Both the position numbers and the translations under genes were made by a program. A DNA stretch of 64,000 bases from Setoptus koraiensis. Lineage: Eukaryota > Animalia > Arthropoda. The stretch covers positions 4,340,001 to 4,404,000 of the forward strand of contig CM106586.1 in assembly GCA_048013815.1 (NCBI GenBank), given 5' to 3'. Below the pieces are notes generated by a model. It saw nothing but the letters and a program-made list of their open reading frames with translations. It searched no databases and was not told the DNA's origin. Shown here in pieces: positions 51,972 to 62,925 of the stretch (the stretch's first letter is position 1; each line of letters opens with the position of its first letter).

Positions 51972-54947
51972 TTACACGTTCCTCTCAGCTCGACTGTTTC
52001 GCTTTTTAGCCGACACCTTATACATGCGTGTCTGTGGAGTTCCAGGCCGTACGTCATCATAAATGCTATTATGGTCGCTGTAATAATCGTGTATTTTTTG
52101 CGAGTTTCTCCGCTGTCTTTCTCGTATATGAGCTCTCTTAAAAATCCATTCGGAATTCTTGCTGGAATCCATGTTGTCATATAAGGCATGGAAAATTGGA
52201 TAATGATTACGGCGATTGCCGCGCAAACGCTTCCGTTGTTTCGCACGCTTATAGTACCATGCATCATCAAGCTTATCGTTCAAGTCGCTTGTATCACCCA
52301 TCTTTTTTGAGTCTTGAGTGAATGATTCCTCTCTAGCATTAGGTGGACTCTTTATTGAGTATTGAGTAGTTGTTTCACCATTTTTCATTTCATCATAATT
52401 GCGTTTGAAAAATTTCGATCCAATCAGAGATTCATAAAGCGTATCGAATTCATGTAGTATTGTATCGACGTCTGTAGGCTGATCCTTAGATGAATCTTCA
52501 ACACCAATCAAGTTTCTGATGGCAATATCGGCCACCAATTCGACGGATTGCAGCACTAGATTCGACCATAGATCGTGTTTTGAATGAGATAGTTGCAAAG
52601 CGTTACTACCTATCTGCCGATGTTTTGATCGAATGATGGACTCATTTTGCAGCAACTTTTCTGTATATTTTCTGATGTGAGGTATATTGGATACTGCGCT
52701 GGAGTTACTTCTCAATTTTGTTAGACCCCTTACACCTGGAACATGTACAACGTTATTTTCTTTTTTTAAAGTTTTTGGCGTTGACGGAGCAAACCATCTC
52801 TTGAATTCCAGGCAACCGAGACTCTTAGGTTGCATTTTCACATCACTCTTGTTCATTTTGTCCGAATCGATTTGTCGAGCATCTCTTTTATATGTTTGAG
52901 GCATTAAATACAACGAACTTGGTGGTGATTTGACAAGATGGTGCGAAGAATTCCGATTTGGGGAAGTTCTGTTCGCGACTAGATCCTTTTGAGTCCAACG
53001 CAGCTTCGCAACCGTGTCTCTCAATTCATCGTTTTCTAGTAACAGGTGATCTAAGCTCTTTTTGAGCAGATTCATTCCATCCTCGACAGACTTCAACTTT
53101 GGCCCCAGATTGTTCATTTGCTCATCTAAGGGCAGAAAATCTAATACTACATTTGCTTTTGGATCCATTGATTTCAAAGCAATAGCAACGGATCTGGAAA
53201 TATGATTGTAGAACTGTTTGAATTGGTCATTCTCTCGATCAAGCTGCTCCAATTCAATGAGCTGTTGCATATACATGGTACCAGCTTTTTTGCTCAAAGT
53301 ATCCTTGATGGCGTCGTTCTCTCTCTGTAGTTTGGAAATTTTCATCTCCAAACCTATCATTATTTGTTGATATTCTTCATCTCTAGGTTGACTTAACCGT
53401 TGCATCAACTCTATGTTTTCGGCTCTCAATTGATTCACAGTGTCTTCAAGACGCTTATTGCTGCGTCGTGCCTCAACTGCATCTAGGTATTCCACTTGAT
53501 TGAATAATGTAGTTAATTTCAGGCCGGGATTTGTGTAGCGGTAATATTTAGCTATAAAATTGTCGCCAATTCTGTTTCTAAATCGCTTTATCAAAGTTCT
53601 CAAGTCTAAATTGTGATAGATTGCCAAAGCATCGATCCGGTTTCTCCAATAATTCTCTCGACTATAACAAGCAATTGCTTCTGGCGACCCACTAAGTTCA
53701 TCCACACCAGCTGAATTTTTGTCGTTCCTCTTGTTTTGATTATAAGATTTTTTCCTCCTATCATTCTGATTAATCTGAGAACTATAGTACTTGATGAAAG
53801 AAGGACTCTGACGTTGTAAACACGTGATAAGTTCATCATGTAGTTCCCTGATTGCTGCAATCTGAAATTCACTAAGTGAAATATCAGCATCGTTATTTGA
53901 ATGACGGGATTGTTGCACGGGTGCATTGTGGCTTCTAAATGAAGTTGTTTTCACATCAACAATTTTTGACCAGTCGAGAGAGCTAAAGATGGTCATCAAG
54001 GTTGGAAATAGAAACATCAGTGAAAAAGTTAAGATTGTGGCTAGAACAAATATGGCTTGAGGTACTGAGTCAATATAGACGAAATCTTTTGCATAAGAGC
54101 TTCTCCAAGAGCTACATTTGATTTGCTTATTAGGTGCCTTACTAACGATGCTGAGATTTGCATCTTTCGACTTCGCTTTCGGTGATAATCCATGATGGCG
54201 ATGCTTTTGTACTTTTACTTTGATTTTTTTTACATTGATTGGTTTGTATTTATATTTAGATGCATCAATTTTTGGTTTGCGCTTGGCACTTTCAGAGTCG
54301 TCGATATTTTGAAAATCTTCTTGCAATTCAAACAACGCATCATCAACTTTTTCTAATTTATCTTTATTATCCACAACATTTCGCATGAAATCTTCTATAT
54401 CGCCCTCGCTATTGTCGTTGTCGGTCAAAAAGTCCATGCCTTCATAACTAGAGATAGAGTTAGACATATTTGTACTACCGACACTGTCGGCAGAGGACAT
54501 TTCTGTTCGATTATCATAATCTTCGTCGTCCTCATCATCACCATCCTCAATATCTGAGCTCATGTCGTCAGTGTCAGTAGTGTATTGATAATCTGATTTT
54601 GAAAATGTTGAGCAAGATGCAGATTGCTTGTTTACGTTCTCACTTAGACTATCAAGAACACTCTTGATGTTGTTTAGGTTCGAAACAGTGGAGCACGAAT
54701 TAAGTGGGACTTTTTGCTCTTTTGTGACTCGACTTTCCTTTGCACTAGATATACTACCATTATTGCTATTGCTTGGACCACTGGTCAAATCATCACCATG
54801 GTCTTGCTTATCGTTGTAAGCATCTTCAACCAAGTTAACAAGGGACGATGAATTGGATGAGGAAGATGAGGTTGGTGGTGGAGAGACTAGAGTCCAATCA
54901 TCATGATCACTTCCAGATAGATTGTTGTTTTGTTTTTTGTTATTCAT
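51972..54947 (-). CDS. Single-pass membrane protein (991 aa) with acidic N-terminus and luminal coiled coils; CCPG1/PBXIP1-like
   Basis: N-terminal DDWTLV (LIR-like), acidic/Ser-rich region, TM AIFVLATILTFSLMFLFPTLMTIF (~aa 305-325), coiled coils, and C-terminal W.FKRA..R motifs. The family call is by architecture only. Confidence 0.55.
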   Translation of the reverse strand: MNNKKQNNNLSGSDHDDWTLVSPPPTSSSSSNSSSLVNLVEDAYNDKQDHGDDLTSGPSNSNNGSISSAKESRVTKEQKVPLNSCSTVSNLNNIKSVLDSLSENVNKQSASCSTFSKSDYQYTTDTDDMSSDIEDGDDEDDEDYDNRTEMSSADSVGSTNMSNSISSYEGMDFLTDNDNSEGDIEDFMRNVVDNKDKLEKVDDALFELQEDFQNIDDSESAKRKPKIDASKYKYKPINVKKIKVKVQKHRHHGLSPKAKSKDANLSIVSKAPNKQIKCSSWRSSYAKDFVYIDSVPQAIFVLATILTFSLMFLFPTLMTIFSSLDWSKIVDVKTTSFRSHNAPVQQSRHSNNDADISLSEFQIAAIRELHDELITCLQRQSPSFIKYYSSQINQNDRRKKSYNQNKRNDKNSAGVDELSGSPEAIACYSRENYWRNRIDALAIYHNLDLRTLIKRFRNRIGDNFIAKYYRYTNPGLKLTTLFNQVEYLDAVEARRSNKRLEDTVNQLRAENIELMQRLSQPRDEEYQQIMIGLEMKISKLQRENDAIKDTLSKKAGTMYMQQLIELEQLDRENDQFKQFYNHISRSVAIALKSMDPKANVVLDFLPLDEQMNNLGPKLKSVEDGMNLLKKSLDHLLLENDELRDTVAKLRWTQKDLVANRTSPNRNSSHHLVKSPPSSLYLMPQTYKRDARQIDSDKMNKSDVKMQPKSLGCLEFKRWFAPSTPKTLKKENNVVHVPGVRGLTKLRSNSSAVSNIPHIRKYTEKLLQNESIIRSKHRQIGSNALQLSHSKHDLWSNLVLQSVELVADIAIRNLIGVEDSSKDQPTDVDTILHEFDTLYESLIGSKFFKRNYDEMKNGETTTQYSIKSPPNAREESFTQDSKKMGDTSDLNDKLDDAWYYKRAKQRKRLRGNRRNHYPIFHALYDNMDSSKNSEWIFKRAHIRERQRRNSQKIHDYYSDHNSIYDDVRPGTPQTRMYKVSAKKRNSRAERNV

Positions 54948-55623
54948 GATTGTTTTCCTTTTTGTTGGTCGCTTTTATTGGTGAGCTCCGAATTGATAAC
55001 TGTTTCGTGGATTTGTTTGTATGATCATTTACGAGTTTATAATATAACATTAGGCAACTATCTATCGTCGTTCATTTCGTTGCATCTCACTGAAAACTTT
55101 TTCCCTGAGCGCTTATCAGAAGCAATTTGTTTTGATCCGATTTAGTTGTTTAAGCCTAAAATAGATAACTGTATCCTTGGGCCAATTTTTTAACGAATAT
55201 TGTCGTTATGTCTGTGGCAATAATGCAGATGTTTTCGTTTGTTTCATTCGAATGTCGATGGTGTCCATTCCGTTAGAGCGCTTAGTTGTAGTTTGAGAAG
55301 GAACATGAATACGAGATAATACTTTCCTTTCTCACACTGCAATAGTTGGATAGCCAGCCAACGTTATAGAATATCATTCAGATTTGCGATAATACGCACA
55401 ATATTTCATCAGTTTATTGTATGGCTCAATGTTGTTGTTGTTGTTTTCTTTGGGCGAGTTCGAACGACTCGTTTCGTACAGCGCAACTCTGCTAGCGTTT
55501 CATCGTGCGTTGTTCACAAGAGCACACATTCGCAAGACACAACAACAAGGTATAGGCCAAGCAAAGCTAGATCGACCAACAGCAGCAGCAACAACAGCAG
55601 CACCACCAACACCATCAACAGCG

Positions 55624-55656
<33 letters not shown>

Positions 55657-56598
55657 ACAGATCGCACACTGTCACAGTCTATGCGAGTCGCAACTTGTGA
55701 GAACGAGCACACGAACAGAATGCACCATGTGTGCGTTGCACCACAAGGCCTGCACATGGTGCGCAGCTTTGTTCTCTGCTGTTTGCTACCCCCAACTTTA
55801 AAGGGCCCTCGTTCCGTGTCCATCTGTGCACAAATTCATGCGCTCGTTTTTCTTTGTCCGCTCAATTTTGTGCTGCCATGAAGCTGGCAACACTGGCTGG
55901 CAGCCGACGAGTGCAAACGACGGTGCGACGGTGCACGGTGTCTCGCACCATGGGCGTCGAGGGCACGCACTGTAACACACCCACTGTGTGCGAAACGCTA
56001 GCTGGCACTGCCAACACTGGGCTTTGTGTGGTGAATTTTTGGCGCGCAAATTCGCTTTCGTCACACACGGCGTGCTTTGTGCGTTGGTCTGTTTGTCTGT
56101 GCAAAGAGTGTAAAAGTGAAGGTGCAGTGGATTTCAACTAAACGACGAAATTTCATTTTGGAATGCTCAACTAATAAGTTCAGCGGCACGCTGCAAAACA
56201 CACCGGCGAGAACGCATTAATAATGCAAATCTAGTGATTGTTTAAATCCCCAACAGTGAATTGGTAGCAAAAATCGACAGTAAATTTGTCTCTTTGGTTG
56301 AGCATCGCTGTGCCGGGCCCTATAAGCACACCGACACACTATAATCGAAGCAGACGGTCGAACAAAGAGCGAAACGATTGCCGCGCACAGTCGATGCAAA
56401 AGTTGCTCATTGTTTCCACTGTTAACATAGAGCAAAAAGAGAGATATTCACAATTCTGTGCTATAATGCTGTCGCCGCTGTTACTTAAAAACCAACACTA
56501 GACGCTCACTCCCAGAAGATCAATCTCATCATTTTTTATAACATTTATTGTTGTAATAACCACATTTTGTTCCTCGCTCCCACCATCGACCAATACAA

Positions 56599-59500
56599 AT
56601 GAATTATACAACAATGGATCAATTAACCAAACGTTATAAAACCTTATGCAACGACCTTAATTTGGACAAGGCTACAGCGGATGACGCTTGGAAGACATTT
56701 AAAAAATGTGAGACAGAGTTTATTTTGGAGGGCGACAAATTGCACTGGCTAGCATGTGCCATTTATGTTGGCTGCCGAAAATCTGTCACTAACAACAACA
56801 ACACTAACACCAACAACCTATCTACTAGAAGCCATCAACAACAATCGCTCAACATTGAAACAAATTGCTTATCACTAACACGATTATTGAGATCTTGCAA
56901 ATTGAATCTTGTTGAATTTTTTAGTAAAATGAAAAAATGGTTAGACATGACTAACATGCATAGTTTTAGATGCAAATTAGAACATCTTGAGAGAAACTTC
57001 AATGTCTCAGCTGTAATCTATAAAAAATATCAACCAATATTCATGGACGTATTTCAAGAATTTAAGCAAGTATCAAATATTGCATCCTTGGAGGTCGCAT
57101 CGGAAAACGATGAAGCTAATCCTTCGTCTGACCAAGAAGTTAAAACCAAAGATGATGATGATCGAAGCAAATCATCCAAGATCAAAACTAAAGCGAAAAA
57201 GACACCAGCAGCTCCCAGTGGTGCTCCATCCAAGAAACAGATATCTGTCACTCCAGCTGAGATATTTGCATTCTGCTGGACCCTTTATGTCAACGTAAAG
57301 GCCAACTATTCTACGATAAGCGATGATCTGGTCAACTCATACCATCTACTACTAGCCTGCGTCGATATTTGTCACGCAAACGCCTTGGAATGCGAAAATA
57401 GCTCTGAGTTACTGAACCCAAAGTTCCCCCAGTTATCATCCGAGACAAACCAGAATGCATCATCGCCAACATGCATACTAAAAACATTGTGCAATAGATG
57501 GGATGGAATGGTCGTTGAAGCCAAGGGTATACGCGAGCACTGGCTCAGACCTTTCCTCAAGAAACTCATCGACAAGAAAGTTCTAAGATGCCAAGATCAA
57601 CAAAATTTTACTGGATTCTTTGATATATCAAACTTCGAACACAACATTAAACAAATTACCCGTGAACATGATCATTGCGTATTGAATATTGGAGACTTCG
57701 ATGAGAGAATTTTCTTGCGCGATAATGCCACTGAAGAATTGGGAACACCTGCTTACAGCTTTGAGGATTTGGATAAAATTATATCACAACGACATGTCTC
57801 GTCGAGTAACTCAATAATCCCGCAGACTCCACTCAGTAACCGTCAATATCTGAACAATCGAGAAATCGGTTCTATGACACCTGTTTCGAATGCAACTCAA
57901 AGTGTTAATAGATTACATGCCTTATTAGTTAATCGTAAAGATGTACCTAGCCAAACATTGGAGAATATTTTCGAATTGTGTGAATCTTCGTCATCCTCTA
58001 ACCTCAAGGAATCTATCTTAAAGCGTGTAGATGAAATGGGGCAGACATTTGTGGCTGCATATACATCCAATGATTCCGATCAACAAGCAGTTGACTTAGC
58101 TAAGAAGCGCTTGGATTTGGGACGAAAACTTTATTTTAAGGTCCTCGAAGAGATCATGCTTCGAGAACAAAAGCGACTACCAACAGACAAAATTGAGGAT
58201 AGTTTAAATAATCTCCTCAGTCATGAAATTTTCCATGTGTCTCTATTCGCCTGTTGTATGGAGATCGTTTTAGTATCATACAATGCGGTCAGAATCTTTC
58301 CTTGGATATTAGACGTTTTCAAAGACTTCAGAGGCAGTAAGTTATATCCGTTCGCATTCTACAAAGTGATCGAACCTCTGATTAGAGAAGAAGAAGGTCT
58401 ACCTCGTGACGTGGTAAAACACCTGAGCTCCATTGAGGAAAAAATCCTTGAAAGTATGGCATGGGAATCTTATTCTCCTCTCTGGACCGCAATTGCGACG
58501 AACGGTAGAATTCCAGCCTGTCAAGATGTTGTTTTGCCTCCAAGTAACACCGATCATAATCCACCAGGAATGTCACCCTTGTCATTCCTCAAGCGTAGAG
58601 AAGGATTTCAATCGCCCATATCGACATCAGATAGATATTCCCACACAATAGAAAGTGGGGCTCGAAGAAGATTATTTACATCGTCTACACCTGTTGTCAA
58701 CGAGCAAGCTTCCACTGCAGTTTCGAACTCGCAACAAGGTCAGAGGATACAATTAGCTTTCCCCACGAAAACTTCCTCTGGAATAAAGTATGTTAGATTG
58801 CAAGCCATTATGCCCGTGAATCAGGCAGGAAACAACACCACTAATGCCACACAAGCTCGAGAAACCGAAACATCAGCCCTACCTATCCGTCCAGCAGTGA
58901 AACTGAACCCGGTGAATATATTTTTCAGGAAGGTCTATTATCTTGCACAACTCCGCTTCCGTGATCTGTGGGATAAATTGAACATTTCTGATCAGGACCT
59001 CCAGCGAAAAATTTGGACTCTTTTCGAAAATCAGTTGAGAAATCACACCAATCTCATGAAGAATCGCCATCTCGATCAAATGATAATGTGTGCTATCTAC
59101 GCAGTAATAAAAGTGTGTAAAACCGAGCAAAGCTCGAACTTCTTCAGAGAAATCATGAAAGCATATAGATTACAACCTCAAGCATCAAATCCTGTATATA
59201 GAAACGTCCTTCTGGCCACCAAAACCGTGCCTCAGCAAACCATTGGGAAGAGTCCCAAAAGTTATGAATCCCCTGTTCAATCAGTTGCGGAGGCGCCACG
59301 AGGAGACTTGATACAATTCTACAACGATGTCTATGTGCCACAAGTCAAGCAATTCGTGAGAGATTACGCTACTCAACCGGACAGTTCATTGACATTATCA
59401 CCTTTACCACGCATGAATACGAATCCTATGTCTCCTTGGCGCAGGGTCTCCCCTCAGCACTCTGTATACGTATCACCTTTAAATAGTTCCTTAATTCCAA

Positions 59501-59700
59501 AATCACCAGGACGTCCGCTCTCATATAGCTTCCAACGTAGCCCAGCCAAGGACTTACGTATAATTAATAACATGATCAACCGCGACAAGCAACGCACCAT
59601 CAGTAAACGTATGTTTCAGGACGAGCTGTTTGAGAATAACTCAGGCAAGAGATGGTGCGGCTTTGAAGCAGGAACAAAGAAATTAAACGATATATATTAA
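56599..59700 (+). CDS. RBL1/RBF: Retinoblastoma-family pocket protein (p107/p130/RBF-like), 1033 aa, intronless
   Basis: LHWLACAIY, TPVSNATQSVNRL, RB_A FHVSLFACCMEIV, RB_B IFFRKVYYLAQLR..HLDQMIMCAIY, DLIQFYN, C-terminal SP..RVS..HSVYVSPL and SPAKDL..IN. Confidence 0.96.
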   Translation: MNYTTMDQLTKRYKTLCNDLNLDKATADDAWKTFKKCETEFILEGDKLHWLACAIYVGCRKSVTNNNNTNTNNLSTRSHQQQSLNIETNCLSLTRLLRSCKLNLVEFFSKMKKWLDMTNMHSFRCKLEHLERNFNVSAVIYKKYQPIFMDVFQEFKQVSNIASLEVASENDEANPSSDQEVKTKDDDDRSKSSKIKTKAKKTPAAPSGAPSKKQISVTPAEIFAFCWTLYVNVKANYSTISDDLVNSYHLLLACVDICHANALECENSSELLNPKFPQLSSETNQNASSPTCILKTLCNRWDGMVVEAKGIREHWLRPFLKKLIDKKVLRCQDQQNFTGFFDISNFEHNIKQITREHDHCVLNIGDFDERIFLRDNATEELGTPAYSFEDLDKIISQRHVSSSNSIIPQTPLSNRQYLNNREIGSMTPVSNATQSVNRLHALLVNRKDVPSQTLENIFELCESSSSSNLKESILKRVDEMGQTFVAAYTSNDSDQQAVDLAKKRLDLGRKLYFKVLEEIMLREQKRLPTDKIEDSLNNLLSHEIFHVSLFACCMEIVLVSYNAVRIFPWILDVFKDFRGSKLYPFAFYKVIEPLIREEEGLPRDVVKHLSSIEEKILESMAWESYSPLWTAIATNGRIPACQDVVLPPSNTDHNPPGMSPLSFLKRREGFQSPISTSDRYSHTIESGARRRLFTSSTPVVNEQASTAVSNSQQGQRIQLAFPTKTSSGIKYVRLQAIMPVNQAGNNTTNATQARETETSALPIRPAVKLNPVNIFFRKVYYLAQLRFRDLWDKLNISDQDLQRKIWTLFENQLRNHTNLMKNRHLDQMIMCAIYAVIKVCKTEQSSNFFREIMKAYRLQPQASNPVYRNVLLATKTVPQQTIGKSPKSYESPVQSVAEAPRGDLIQFYNDVYVPQVKQFVRDYATQPDSSLTLSPLPRMNTNPMSPWRRVSPQHSVYVSPLNSSLIPKSPGRPLSYSFQRSPAKDLRIINNMINRDKQRTISKRMFQDELFENNSGKRWCGFEAGTKKLNDIY

Positions 59701-59805
59701 TATTGAATCGCACACTTTATGAAAATATATATTATTATTCACATTTGCATGTAATCATAAGTAAATTTGATCAACTATAATTTTCCTTTTCACTGTGTCG
59801 GTTTT

Positions 59806-60147
59806 TTAACTTTTTGTTAGTTCTAAGTCGTAAAGCAACACCGCCATATCGTCTCTCAACTGAACTAGCTTCTCATCAATGGCTTTGATTGCGGTTGGAT
59901 CTGATTTCGCTTCGATAGACTGGTTGATTAAAGTAAAATCGTTGATGATGTAAAAATTCCTTATATCTGCGATCAAGGTCATCAGCGATTGAAACGATCG
60001 GACAATTTCGGCTGCTCGTACTTGCACTTCGAATGTAACATGTTCAGATTTAGTATTGAGAATTTCGGCAAATTTATCCTGGATGTTGCGGACATTGTCC
60101 TTGAGTTGTTTCTGGTAGTCCTTTAGAGTGAGATCCTGAGAAGACAT
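59806..60147 (-). CDS. MED22: Mediator subunit 22 (copy A, 113 aa from ATG 60147)
   Basis: LKDYQKQLKDNV...EVQVRAAEIVRSFQSLMTLIADIRNFYIINDF...LRDDMAVLLYDLE Med22/Surf5 pattern. The ORF-track start is a GTG. Confidence 0.9.
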   Translation of the reverse strand: MSSQDLTLKDYQKQLKDNVRNIQDKFAEILNTKSEHVTFEVQVRAAEIVRSFQSLMTLIADIRNFYIINDFTLINQSIEAKSDPTAIKAIDEKLVQLRDDMAVLLYDLELTKS

Positions 60148-60293
60148 GTGGTTAAATATGACAGACACGATAGGTCTTATCTTAATCTACACACGATTCA
60201 GTTAGTTTTAGCGTAAATGGTGTTTCACGCTGCTATATTAGTAAAAGATTTTAAACATTTCCAAAAAATACAATATAAAAGATGAAATCATAC

Positions 60294-60299
60294 TTTATT
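60294..60299 (-). terminator. Polyadenylation signal AATAAA just after the ARL2 stop
   Basis: Plus-strand tttatt; no AATAAA in the 58-nt CDC5L-ARL2 spacer. Confidence 0.6.
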
Positions 60300-60301
60300 A
60301 T

Positions 60302-60856
60302 CTAACTGTGATGATAGATCCTGGAGCCGATATCACCAACCAACCAGTCTATTGATTCGATAACATTCTTTCCAGTCAAAGCGCACACAGGGAATATTTG
60401 CCAATGATGAGTCTTGATTGTGTCCAATTGGAGCAGTTGTTGCAGCTTCTCGCTTGATAAAGCTCCTGGTAGATCCTGTTTGTTGGCTAAAACTAAAAGT
60501 GAGGCACCTGCCAACCTCTCTTCCTTGAGAAGATCGTGCAGTTCGTCTTTGCAGAGTTTTAATCTCATTGTATCGGCGCAATCAACAATCCATACAAGAC
60601 CGTCTGTAGATTCGAAGTAATTTTTCCAGTACGATCTGAGTGATTTTTGTCCACCTACATCCCATATATTGAGGCTGTAATTCTCATATTGTAGAGTGCT
60701 TATTTTGAAGCCCAATGTAGGTGACACCTGATTTACATCATCTCCGCTGAGTTGTTTTACCAAAGTCGTTTTTCCTGCGTTATCGATACCGAGTATAAGT
60801 AGCCTCATCTGACGCTCTTCTCGACGTATCTTCTTGAGAATCTTGTGTAATACCAT
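60302..60856 (-). CDS. ARL2: ADP-ribosylation factor-like 2 (184 aa from ATG 60856), intronless
   Basis: [52 protein letters not shown]; length equals typical ARL2. Confidence 0.96.
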   Translation of the reverse strand: MVLHKILKKIRREERQMRLLILGIDNAGKTTLVKQLSGDDVNQVSPTLGFKISTLQYENYSLNIWDVGGQKSLRSYWKNYFESTDGLVWIVDCADTMRLKLCKDELHDLLKEERLAGASLLVLANKQDLPGALSSEKLQQLLQLDTIKTHHWQIFPVCALTGKNVIESIDWLVGDIGSRIYHHS

Positions 60857-60914
60857 AGTAATAATGGGGATATATTTAGATTTACAGTAAAGTTCAGCCA
60901 AATGTGAAAAACAA

Positions 60915-62762
60915 TTACTTTTTTGCCATTTCCACTTCGTTTTCGCGTGGTAATTTTGAATTTTGGCTTGATTTTGAATTTCGCACTTTATCGAAAGCTT
61001 CTTGTAAGAGATGCTCTCGGGTCTTGAGCTCCTGAATTTGGACGTTCAATTTATCTACTTTTCTCTGGTTGGCCAATATTTCATCTGCTTGTTGCTTCGT
61101 TATTGAGTTTAATTTTATCTCAGACTGATGAATTTTCTCAATGATTCCGTTGATCTTGTCAACCAAAGACTTGGCCCTGGCTTGGTAGCCTCCGAGTAAG
61201 ACCCACAACTTGGCCTCCGATTTTGAATTTTTCTTTGTCTCTCTACAAAATATCGGTTTGTATGAGTCGTAAGGCTCCTGAGCCTGCTTCAAAAACAAAT
61301 GTGTATTTTCTTGAGTGATAAGATTCGAGAAAGGCTTGTGGATTTTTCGTTGAGAATCTCCGGGCTTAATCTCAGACTGTACCAATTGCTTGGCCGACAA
61401 TAAATCTTTGATAGAGATGACTTCGTAAGGATATTTTTCCAGAAATTTTCTGTGCAAATTATCAAGATCTACACCCGATCTCAGTTTTAGTGTGGCTTCA
61501 ACCTGTTGTTCTTCCGATTTCTCATTCAGAGCATCATGGTGCATCATTGTGAGAATCTCTTTCCTCACTGGCGACGGTGCATTCGGAAAAAAATCATCGC
61601 TCACCTCTAAAGGAATACTCGAGGCCAATGGACGCGGTAAATTGAGTTGAACTGACCGCGATTTCGTTTTGAAGAATTCCAACCACCCCTTCTCTTCTGC
61701 CGTTCTCCTTAACTCGTCAAGGTGAGCCTCATCGGGGATTATCGCGCCAGCCTCGTCATCACTAAATTCTTCTTCAGGCTCATATTCATTCAACAAATAT
61801 TCATTCTGAGGTTCGGGTAATGCGTCAAGTAAATTTCTCACTTCTTCCCTCTTCTCCTCCGTACTTTCTTTATAGTCAAAAAATTCTGGATCTGGAGGGA
61901 CAAGTGGTCGCCTTTTTGGTTTCATTGGCTCCAAAAATTTGTTTGTGGACTTTTGTTTATCTTGCTTTCTGAGCTCCTCTTCTTTCTCACTTCGCAATTC
62001 ACCATCCATATGCTCCTGGCGTAAACGTTTGAAATCAAAGTCTTTCGGATTATAAGCTTCTTGTGATGTGTTGTAGAGACCAGTGGGCACAGGTTTTTCG
62101 AACGGAATCTCAGCATTGTAGTCAATTCCATATTTCTTCTTCTTTGGAAATAAACTGACCCCGATACCCGCCATCCTTAGTTCCCTAGCTTTACCTAATG
62201 CAGCAAGCCTACGCGCCTCCTCTAACTGCTTTTCTCTAGCTTTTCTCTTAGCCTTTTTACCTTGCGTATTGGCTAATCTGGCGCGAGCCTCACTCAACAT
62301 TTCCAATTCATCTTGGTCCATATCTTGTGGGTCAGGTCTAGCTGGCTTAGTCTCTGGATTTGGATCAATTTCTCCAGGTCTCAGGCGCCGAGGATCGTCG
62401 GCCAGAGATGGTATGGCATCGTCGCCTTCTTCCTTCTTCTGAGCTTGGTCCAACAAATATTCGTAATGTTCCAGACATTGTGAAGCTGTTCGTCCGATCG
62501 AGCTAGCGATCGTTCTCCATTGCGTTGGAAGTATTTTGGCCAGATGAAGCAATTTTTCTTCTTCCTCTCTACTCCATTCGGTTTTTTTAATAGATGGATC
62601 TAACCATTCATTCCAGCGAGCCTTACATTGCTTGGCTGATTTTCTATGCAATAATGATGCAACACGAGACCATTGATTTAGACCATATTTAGAAACTGCA
62701 ACCTTCAGGATTTCGTCCTCAGTGTTCCTCCAGACACCACCTTTTATCATAATACGAGTCAT
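60915..62762 (-). CDS. CDC5L: Cell division cycle 5-like (Myb-domain NTC splicing factor), 615 aa, intronless
   Basis: [20 protein letters not shown]...[82 protein letters not shown]. Confidence 0.97.
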   Translation of the reverse strand: MTRIMIKGGVWRNTEDEILKVAVSKYGLNQWSRVASLLHRKSAKQCKARWNEWLDPSIKKTEWSREEEEKLLHLAKILPTQWRTIASSIGRTASQCLEHYEYLLDQAQKKEEGDDAIPSLADDPRRLRPGEIDPNPETKPARPDPQDMDQDELEMLSEARARLANTQGKKAKRKAREKQLEEARRLAALGKARELRMAGIGVSLFPKKKKYGIDYNAEIPFEKPVPTGLYNTSQEAYNPKDFDFKRLRQEHMDGELRSEKEEELRKQDKQKSTNKFLEPMKPKRRPLVPPDPEFFDYKESTEEKREEVRNLLDALPEPQNEYLLNEYEPEEEFSDDEAGAIIPDEAHLDELRRTAEEKGWLEFFKTKSRSVQLNLPRPLASSIPLEVSDDFFPNAPSPVRKEILTMMHHDALNEKSEEQQVEATLKLRSGVDLDNLHRKFLEKYPYEVISIKDLLSAKQLVQSEIKPGDSQRKIHKPFSNLITQENTHLFLKQAQEPYDSYKPIFCRETKKNSKSEAKLWVLLGGYQARAKSLVDKINGIIEKIHQSEIKLNSITKQQADEILANQRKVDKLNVQIQELKTREHLLQEAFDKVRNSKSSQNSKLPRENEVEMAKK

Positions 62763-62925
62763 TTGTCGTTTAACAATACAAAATAAATATAAAATAAATT
62801 ACATGTATGTAGTGTAGTCAGAGATCTTTTGAATGTCAATTGCTTTCCAAGTTACAGTGATTCTATAACACTCCGGGGGGTGGGGGGTGGGGTAAGAGAG
62901 CGCGTGTTCCATACGCAGAACCGAG

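Noticed and set aside
62875-62892. G-rich tract as a G-quadruplex
   Set aside because: Only three clear G-runs; noted only as context for the duplication junction.
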